Assembly: GCA_958296105.1 (NCBI GenBank)
Contig: OY282441.1
Location: 405,800 to 469,799, forward strand
Source: an uncultured Dehalococcoidia bacterium
Lineage (GTDB): Bacteria > Chloroflexota > Dehalococcoidia > Lucifugimonadales > UBA1123
Reading direction: 5' to 3'
DNA length: 64,000 nucleotides
Made by a program: the position numbers and the translations under genes. The notes beneath the pieces were generated by a model that saw nothing but the letters and a program-made list of their open reading frames with translations, did not search any database and had not been told where the DNA came from. Shown here one piece after another: positions 57,925 to 64,000 of the stretch. The stretch's first letter is position 1. Every line of letters starts with the position of its first letter.

Positions 57925-59181
57925 TTGGAAAAGAGATGCGCCGTGCCAGAGTTTTTCAACGTTCGATCTCCGGCGCGGGCGCTGGCGGATTTACTGCCGC
58001 GCCTGACGCCAATCGAAGGCCGCGAGACGGTTCCGACGACCGAGGCGCTGGGGCGCATCGTGGCGCGGGACGTCCGCTCGCCAGAGGACCTTCCAACGTT
58101 CGCGCGCTCGGCGATGGACGGCTATTCGGTTCGCGCGCGCGATACGTTCGGGGCGTCCGAGAGTCTGCCTGCGCTGCTGGAAGTCGTCGCCGACATTCCG
58201 ACCGGGCAGACATCCGACATCGAGATCGGCACGGGCGAGGCGGTGGTGGCATACACCGGCGGGACGCTGGCGAAGGGGACGGATGCGGTGGTCATGGTCG
58301 AGCGAACTCAGCCGGCGGATGAGAGATCCATAGAGGTCTTGCGACCGGTCGCGCCGGGCGAGAACGTGATTCAGGTCGGCGAGGACGTTCGCAAGGGTGA
58401 GGTCGTCCTGAAAAGGGGCCGCCGTCTGCGCGCTCAGGATGTCGGCGGACTGCTGGCGCTGGGGATTGTCGAAACGGAGGTCTTGCGCCGTCCGAAGGTG
58501 GGGATAATCTCCACGGGGGACGAGCTGGCAGCGCCTAGCGAGACGCCGCCGCCGGGCAAGGTGCGCGACATCAACACCTATACCATCGCGGCGCGGGCGG
58601 CGCAATGCGGCGCGGATGCGCTCGCGCTCGGACTTTTGCCGGACGTGTACGAGGCGCAGCTGGCAGCGGCGCGCGAGGGGCTGAAGTCGGTGGACGCGCT
58701 GATCTTCTCGGCGGGCAGCTCGCTGAGTACGCGAGACATGACGGCGCGGGTATTCGATGCGCTCGGAGAACCCGGCGTGCTGACGCACGGCATATCCATA
58801 AAGCCGGGCAAGCCGACCATCGTGGCGGTTGCGGACGGCAAGCCGCTGTTCGGTCTGCCGGGCAACCCGGTATCGGCGCTGGTGGTGTTCGACCTGCTGG
58901 CCGCGCCCGCTCTCAGGGTTCTCTCTGGAGAGACGGGCCAATCACTCTCCCCTGCCATCTCCGCGCTCCTGACAGAGGACGTGCCATCCGAGTCTGGGCG
59001 TGAGGATTTTTTTCCGGTAAGGCTGTCCGAATCCGACGGCGCGGTTTCCGCATCGCCGATTTTCGGCAAGTCGAATCTGATATACACGCTGGTCGACTCT
59101 GACGGCATAGCGCGCGTTCCACCTGAATCCGGCGGATTGTATGCTGGGGAGGTCGTAGAAGTACTGATATATAAAACCTGA
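57925..59181 (+). CDS. moeA: molybdopterin molybdenumtransferase MoeA
   Basis: MoeA N/MoCF/C-domain pattern (SAMDGYSVRA, ISTGDEL, LPGNPVSA). Confidence 0.9.
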   Translation: MEKRCAVPEFFNVRSPARALADLLPRLTPIEGRETVPTTEALGRIVARDVRSPEDLPTFARSAMDGYSVRARDTFGASESLPALLEVVADIPTGQTSDIEIGTGEAVVAYTGGTLAKGTDAVVMVERTQPADERSIEVLRPVAPGENVIQVGEDVRKGEVVLKRGRRLRAQDVGGLLALGIVETEVLRRPKVGIISTGDELAAPSETPPPGKVRDINTYTIAARAAQCGADALALGLLPDVYEAQLAAAREGLKSVDALIFSAGSSLSTRDMTARVFDALGEPGVLTHGISIKPGKPTIVAVADGKPLFGLPGNPVSALVVFDLLAAPALRVLSGETGQSLSPAISALLTEDVPSESGREDFFPVRLSESDGAVSASPIFGKSNLIYTLVDSDGIARVPPESGGLYAGEVVEVLIYKT

Positions 59182-59405
59182 AGCGGTAATTTATCGCTTG
59201 TGTTAGGTATTTTGACCGACTGCGCCCGACTAGGCTCGGTCGTGCAATGTCAGAAGACTGACAAATCACCCGGATAGCCTCGATACGACGCTGAACAACG
59301 ATCACAAGAATCTGACGTATACTCTCGGTCGCTTCATCGAAGTCGTCACGCCGGATATAGACGCACCCCAAGAAAAGTCGAACCAAGAAGACGCCTGATC
59401 ATACA

Positions 59406-61352
59406 ATGCCCCACCGCCACAGCCGCCGATACTATCTCCAAGACATCCCGCTAGACGAGGCTTTGCAAAAGTATCGGCGCGCGATGGACGACGCGGGCGC
59501 GATGGAGCGGACCGATGCCGAGAGCGTCCCCGTACAGGATGCGCTCGGCAGGATAACCGCCCTGCCCGTCTGGGCGCGCAGGTCTTCGCCACACTACGAC
59601 GCGGCGGCGATGGACGGCGTGGCGGTGAGGTCGGCGGACACGGTGGGCGCGTCCGAGGTCTCTCCCCTGCCCCTCTCGATTCCGCGCAGCGCGCGATGGG
59701 TCGATACCGGAGACCCGGTGCCGGACGGGTTCGACGCCGTGATAATGGTCGAGGTGGTCACCGAGCTGGACGACTCGACCATCGAAATCAGGGCGTCCGT
59801 TCCGCCGTACAGCCACGTGCGGCCGCTTGGCGAAGACATCGTCGCCTCCGAGCTTCTGCTTCCGGAGAGCCATCGGCTGCGACCCGCCGATCTGGGCGCG
59901 TGCGCGGCTGCGGGCGTGATTGATCTTGCCGTTCGCAGAAAGCCGACCGTCGCCATCGTCCCAACCGGGTCGGAGCTGGTCGCACCCGAGCGCGAACCCG
60001 CTCCGGGTGAGATAGTGGAGTTCAACTCGCTGACTCTGGCGGGAATGCTCACGGAGTGGGGCGCGGCCCCTGTCCGCCTCTCGCCGATTCCCGACGACCC
60101 TGCACTGCTGAAGGCGGCGATGCTGGACGCGGCGCGGCGGTTCGACGTCGTCTTGATCAACGCCGGGTCTTCGGCGGGCGCGGAAGACTACACCGCTGCG
60201 ACTATCGAGGAGCTGGGCGAGCTCGTGGCGCACGGGGTGGCGATACGCCCCGGCCATCCGATAGCGCTCGGAATCGTCGAGGGAAAGCCCGTGATTGGGA
60301 TTCCAGGCTATCCCGTATCGGCGGCGGTGGCCTGCGAGCTGTTCGTTCAGCCAATCGTCGAGGCTATGCTCGGACGCCGCGCGAGCGCGAACCCCAGTGT
60401 GACCGCCACCGTCACGCGCCGAATTCAGTCTCCAATGGGCGAGGACGAGTTTCTGAGAGTCAGGCTCGGACAGGTGGGAGTCAGGCTCGTGGCAACGCCG
60501 CTTCAGCGCGGCGCGGGCGTGATAACGTCGCTAGTCAGGGCGGACGGCATCGCACTGATTCCGAGAATGTCGGAGGGAATCGAGGCTGGATCGGAGGTGA
60601 GCGTCCGCCTGCTCAAGCCCATAGAGGACACGCGCAGGACGATCGTAGCCATAGGCAGCCACGACCTGATCCTCGACCTGATGGCGAGCAAACTCGGCGG
60701 CGATGCGAACGGCGTATCTCTGTCGTCCGCCAACGTGGGCAGTCTGGGCGGACTGCTGGCGATTCGGCGCGGGGAGGCTCACGTGGCAGGCGCGCACCTG
60801 CTGGACGAAAAGACGGGCGAGTACAACGTCTCCTACATCGAGCGGTACGCCGGCGGCAAGGAGGTCGCGCTGGTGAATCTCGCCGGAAGGTCGCAGGGGC
60901 TGATGGTCGCGCCCGGCAATCCGCTCGCTGTCCGCTCGCTGTCCGATCTGGCGAGGGGCGAGGTCAGGTTCGCCAACCGCCAGCGCGGATCGGGAACGAG
61001 GATGCTCTTGGACTATCGGCTGCGGGAAGAGGGCATCAGCCCCGATGCCATCAGGGGGTACGAGCGGGAGGACTACACCCATCTGGCGGTTGCCGCTGCG
61101 GTCGAGGGCGGGCGCGCCGACGCCGCGCTGGGAATACTGCCCGCGGCGAGGGCATTCGGCCTAGACTTCATCGCCCTGTTCGACGAGCGATACGATCTGG
61201 TGATCCCAATGGAGTTCTACGAGAGCGACCTTCTCCGTCCCGCTCTGGAGCTAATCCGCTCGGATGACTTCCAGCGCGAGGTGGAATCGCTCGGCGGCTA
61301 CAGCGTCAGCGAGATGGGCAGACTTATGGGGGTGATTGGCGGCGCGAGCTGA
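59406..61352 (+). CDS. MoeA-like molybdopterin biosynthesis protein fused to a periplasmic-binding-protein-like (molybdate/tungstate-binding type) domain
   Basis: The N-terminal ~410 aa are MoeA-like (AAMDGVAVRS, VPTGSEL, IPGYPVSA). The C-terminal ~230 aa are PBP-like (IGSHDLILD...RQRGSGTR). Confidence 0.85.
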   Translation: MPHRHSRRYYLQDIPLDEALQKYRRAMDDAGAMERTDAESVPVQDALGRITALPVWARRSSPHYDAAAMDGVAVRSADTVGASEVSPLPLSIPRSARWVDTGDPVPDGFDAVIMVEVVTELDDSTIEIRASVPPYSHVRPLGEDIVASELLLPESHRLRPADLGACAAAGVIDLAVRRKPTVAIVPTGSELVAPEREPAPGEIVEFNSLTLAGMLTEWGAAPVRLSPIPDDPALLKAAMLDAARRFDVVLINAGSSAGAEDYTAATIEELGELVAHGVAIRPGHPIALGIVEGKPVIGIPGYPVSAAVACELFVQPIVEAMLGRRASANPSVTATVTRRIQSPMGEDEFLRVRLGQVGVRLVATPLQRGAGVITSLVRADGIALIPRMSEGIEAGSEVSVRLLKPIEDTRRTIVAIGSHDLILDLMASKLGGDANGVSLSSANVGSLGGLLAIRRGEAHVAGAHLLDEKTGEYNVSYIERYAGGKEVALVNLAGRSQGLMVAPGNPLAVRSLSDLARGEVRFANRQRGSGTRMLLDYRLREEGISPDAIRGYEREDYTHLAVAAAVEGGRADAALGILPAARAFGLDFIALFDERYDLVIPMEFYESDLLRPALELIRSDDFQREVESLGGYSVSEMGRLMGVIGGAS

Positions 61353-61371
61353 CTTCTGATAGTCTGGATCC

Positions 61372-62016
61372 ATGATGGGAGAGCTTGCCATACCAGATTC
61401 TGAGGTCACCGCAGTCGTGCTGGCGGGGGGGATGAGCCGTCGGCTTGGGCGCAACAAGGCGCTGGAGCCGTTCGAAGGCGAGACTCTGATTCGTCGGGTC
61501 ATCGGGCGGATGAGACAGGTCTCGTCACGGATCGTAGTCGTAGTCAACAATCAGAGCCGCGTCGCGGAGCTGAGCCTTCCAGAGGATGTTCGCGCCGTCG
61601 TAGACGAGTACCCCAGTAGTGGCTCGCTAGGCGGCATCTTCAGCGGACTCCACGCCGCATCCACCGAATGGGCTGTCTTCTGCGCATGTGACATGCCCTT
61701 CCTCGACCCAGACCTGTACGCGATGCTGCTGTCGAATCGCGCCGGCTTCGATGCGGTCGTCCCCGTCTTGGGAGGGAGGCCGGAGCCAATACACGCCGCC
61801 TACTCCCGCCGCTGTCTCAAACCTATCCGCTCGAAAATTCTTGCGGACGACCTGAAGATCGCAGGGTTCTACGACGACGTGGCAGTTAGATACGTGGAGG
61901 AGGACGAGATTCGGGCGATAGACCCTCGCCTGCTGAGCTTTTTCAACATCAACACCGAGTCCGATCTACGCGCCGCATCCGCGCTCGCGGAGAAGGAGGC
62001 CCTCCCGTGCGCGTGA
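61372..62016 (+). CDS. mobA: molybdenum cofactor guanylyltransferase
   Basis: VVLAGGMSRRLG and the ACDMPFL motif. Confidence 0.85.
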   Translation: MMGELAIPDSEVTAVVLAGGMSRRLGRNKALEPFEGETLIRRVIGRMRQVSSRIVVVVNNQSRVAELSLPEDVRAVVDEYPSSGSLGGIFSGLHAASTEWAVFCACDMPFLDPDLYAMLLSNRAGFDAVVPVLGGRPEPIHAAYSRRCLKPIRSKILADDLKIAGFYDDVAVRYVEEDEIRAIDPRLLSFFNINTESDLRAASALAEKEALPCA

Positions 62017-62285
62017 CAGTCGAGCTGTTCGGACACGCTCGGCTGGTATCGGGCGTGCGCGAGGTGGAGGCGCGGATTCCGGCGCGCGCGGACTCATCGC
62101 ATATAGCCGCGGCGCTCGTCTCCGAAGCGCCTGCGCTGAGCGGAGTAGCTGTCTCGGAAGATGGCCGCTCACTCATGCCGAGCTACACTGCGAACCTGAA
62201 CGGATTGGCTTTCATTGGCGACGAACCCGTTTCGGTATCCAGCGGAGACAGAATCTACGTGTTCTCCAGTCAAGCCGGAGGATAG
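62007..62285 (+). CDS. moaD: MoaD/ThiS family sulfur-carrier protein
   Basis: 92 aa with the MRVTVELFGHARL start and a C-terminal GG (SSQAGG*). Confidence 0.75.
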   Translation: MRVTVELFGHARLVSGVREVEARIPARADSSHIAAALVSEAPALSGVAVSEDGRSLMPSYTANLNGLAFIGDEPVSVSSGDRIYVFSSQAGG

Positions 62286-62288
62286 ATC

Positions 62289-64000
62289 GTGTACGGCTAT
62301 CACGGAGTCGTTCTGATCGTCGACCTGACAGCTCGCACCGCTCGACGCGAGCCGCTGGACGTGGATGTACTCAGGCAGTTCATAGGCGGAACGGGCCTGG
62401 CAAGCTACCTGCTCTATCGCCACTGCCCGCCCGGCGCGGACCCACTCGGCCCCGATAACCCGCTGGTATTCGCTTGCAGTCCGCTGGTCGGCAGCAGGCT
62501 GACCACTTCGAGCAAGTTCGCGGTGGCGGCGAAATCCCCTCTTACGGGAATGATCGGAGACTCGATCAGCTCCAGCTTCTTGGCAGTCGAGCTGAAGCGA
62601 ACGGGGTGCGACGCCCTGCTCATCAGGGGGCGGAGCGACGAGCCGACGCTGCTGACGATAGAAGATGGGCGGGTCGAGTTCCTGAGCGCGGCAGAGCTGA
62701 TGGGCCTCACCACGCTGGAAACTGAGCGGGACGTCAGGAACAGGCTGGGCAGGCGTTTCAGGGTGGCGTGCATAGGGCCAGCCGGGGAGAACATGGTTCG
62801 CTTCGCCAGCATAGCGAACGACGGGGGCAGGCAGGCGGGCCGAACCGGAACCGGCGCGGTGATGGGGTCCAAGAACCTGAAAGCCGTTGCGGTGAGGGGA
62901 CGCAATCCGGCTGCGGTGTTCGACCGTGACGGGCTGGATGAGATCGGGCGAGGGCTTTCGGCGAAGAGCCTGGGTCCAGCGACTGAGAAGTACAGGACGA
63001 CGGGAACGATGGCGAACGTGGCCGTGTTCGACAGGCTGGGAGCTTTGCCGACTCGCAACTTCCGCCAATCGACTTTCGAGAGCGCCGACGATGTCAGCGG
63101 AGAGGCGCTGTACCAAGGCCACTTCGTAAAGAACGCGCACTGCGCCAACTGCACCATCGGCTGCGAAAAGGTGCTGAGCGTGGGCGCGGGCGCGAAGAAG
63201 TCCACAGGCCGAATGGAGTACGAGAGCGCGTTCGCGCTCGGGCCGTTGGTGGGGGTGTCCGACAGAGAGACGGTCATACGCGCTTCACACTACTGCGACG
63301 AGATGGGCATGGACACCATCAGCGCGGGCGTGACGACAGCCTGGGCGATGGAGTGCTTCGAGCGCGGGATACTGACTCTTGACGAAACCGACGGACTCGA
63401 ACTCAGATTTGGAAACTCGAACGCAATCCTTGCATGTCTCGAATACATATCAAACAAAAACGGTAAATTAGGAACTCTACTGGCAGAGGGATCGAGAATC
63501 GCGTCTGGCATCGTGGGGCAGAAGTCGGAAGGCTGGGCCATGCACGTAAAGGGGCTGGAGATGCCGGGCTACGAGCCTCGAAGCCTCAAGACGATGGCGC
63601 TCGCCCTGGCGGTCAGCACCAGAGGAGCGTGCCACAACCGATCGTCCGCATACGAGGCCGACTTCTCGAATCGCGTCAACAGGCTGGAGGCGGACGCCGA
63701 ACGCGGCAAGATAACCGCGGACGGCGAGGACTTCTCGGCAGTGCTGGACTCGCTAATCTGGTGCAAGTTCCTTCGCAAGGCGTTCGACGACTTCTGGGGC
63801 GAATCGGCCTCCGCTCTCAACTTGGTTACGGGCTGGGACGTGACGCCGAGGGAGTTGAAGGCGGCCGGCGAGCGCATCAACAACCTGAAGAAGCTGTTCA
63901 ACATACGAGAGGGTTGGCAGCGTGAAGACGACACTCTGCCCGACCGAGTGTTGAGCGAGCGTCTGCCAGACGGCGCGGCGGCGGGTGTTGGGCTGTCCAC
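62289..64000 (+). CDS. aldehyde:ferredoxin oxidoreductase (tungsten/molybdopterin AOR family), 3' end outside the window
   Basis: Hand translation from GTG 62289 (GGAGGA upstream) gives VYGYHGVVLIVDLT..., GRTGTGAVMGSKNLKAVAV, GLEMPGYEPRSLKTMALALAVSTRGACHNRS. The frame stays open to the window end, which explains its absence from the ORF track. Confidence 0.9.
   Translation, partial: MYGYHGVVLIVDLTARTARREPLDVDVLRQFIGGTGLASYLLYRHCPPGADPLGPDNPLVFACSPLVGSRLTTSSKFAVAAKSPLTGMIGDSISSSFLAVELKRTGCDALLIRGRSDEPTLLTIEDGRVEFLSAAELMGLTTLETERDVRNRLGRRFRVACIGPAGENMVRFASIANDGGRQAGRTGTGAVMGSKNLKAVAVRGRNPAAVFDRDGLDEIGRGLSAKSLGPATEKYRTTGTMANVAVFDRLGALPTRNFRQSTFESADDVSGEALYQGHFVKNAHCANCTIGCEKVLSVGAGAKKSTGRMEYESAFALGPLVGVSDRETVIRASHYCDEMGMDTISAGVTTAWAMECFERGILTLDETDGLELRFGNSNAILACLEYISNKNGKLGTLLAEGSRIASGIVGQKSEGWAMHVKGLEMPGYEPRSLKTMALALAVSTRGACHNRSSAYEADFSNRVNRLEADAERGKITADGEDFSAVLDSLIWCKFLRKAFDDFWGESASALNLVTGWDVTPRELKAAGERINNLKKLFNIREGWQREDDTLPDRVLSERLPDGAAAGVGLS

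Noticed and set aside
59182-59405. Moco riboswitch between the two moeA genes
   Set aside because: I could not match the conserved elements I remember for the Moco motif. It is left as a check under the Mo/W cluster finding rather than a feature.

Overview
GC-rich bacterial chromosomal window. The gene content (LL-DAP aminotransferase, archaeal-type iPGM, HisZ, tungsten-type AOR) suggests Chloroflexota, but that is an inference only. Most of it is housekeeping. It holds a his cluster (hisZ-hisG-x-hisD-GS-like-hisC-hisB), a minus-strand purine cluster (purS, DUF3105, purC, purB, purE, purD, guaA), tsaC, a polyprenyl-synthase-like gene, pgk-apgM-tpiA, miaA, dapF-dapL, hflX, an S41 protease, smpB, tenA, a thioredoxin-like/NHL protein plus yyaL, glcDEF, an SDR, aroC, an MFS transporter, a Zn-ADH, fhs and a Mo/W-cofactor cluster (moeA, moeA-PBP, mobA, moaD-like, partial AOR). 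There are three tRNAs: His-GTG, Arg-TCG and Arg-TCT. The accessory or unusual content, in order of interest: (1) four tandem hicA-hicB cassettes directly after fhs, two of which share the same 10-nt toxin-killing deletion while all four antitoxins stay intact. (2) A thioredoxin-like/NHL-repeat gene whose redox motif reads C-TGA-I-N-C, with a hairpin about 18 nt downstream, making it a candidate UxxC selenoprotein. (3) A stand-alone wHTH plus Rossmann/TIR-like gene between hflX and the protease, followed by two partial orphan copies of its own 3' end. (4) A decayed IS5-family element bracketed by a 10-nt direct repeat next to tRNA-Arg. (5) Several other tandem duplications: the pepA 3' end, 2 x ~135 bp and 2 x ~45 bp. 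No CRISPR array, rRNA or tmRNA was recognised. All calls come from reading the ORF translations and the sequence by eye; no searches were run.
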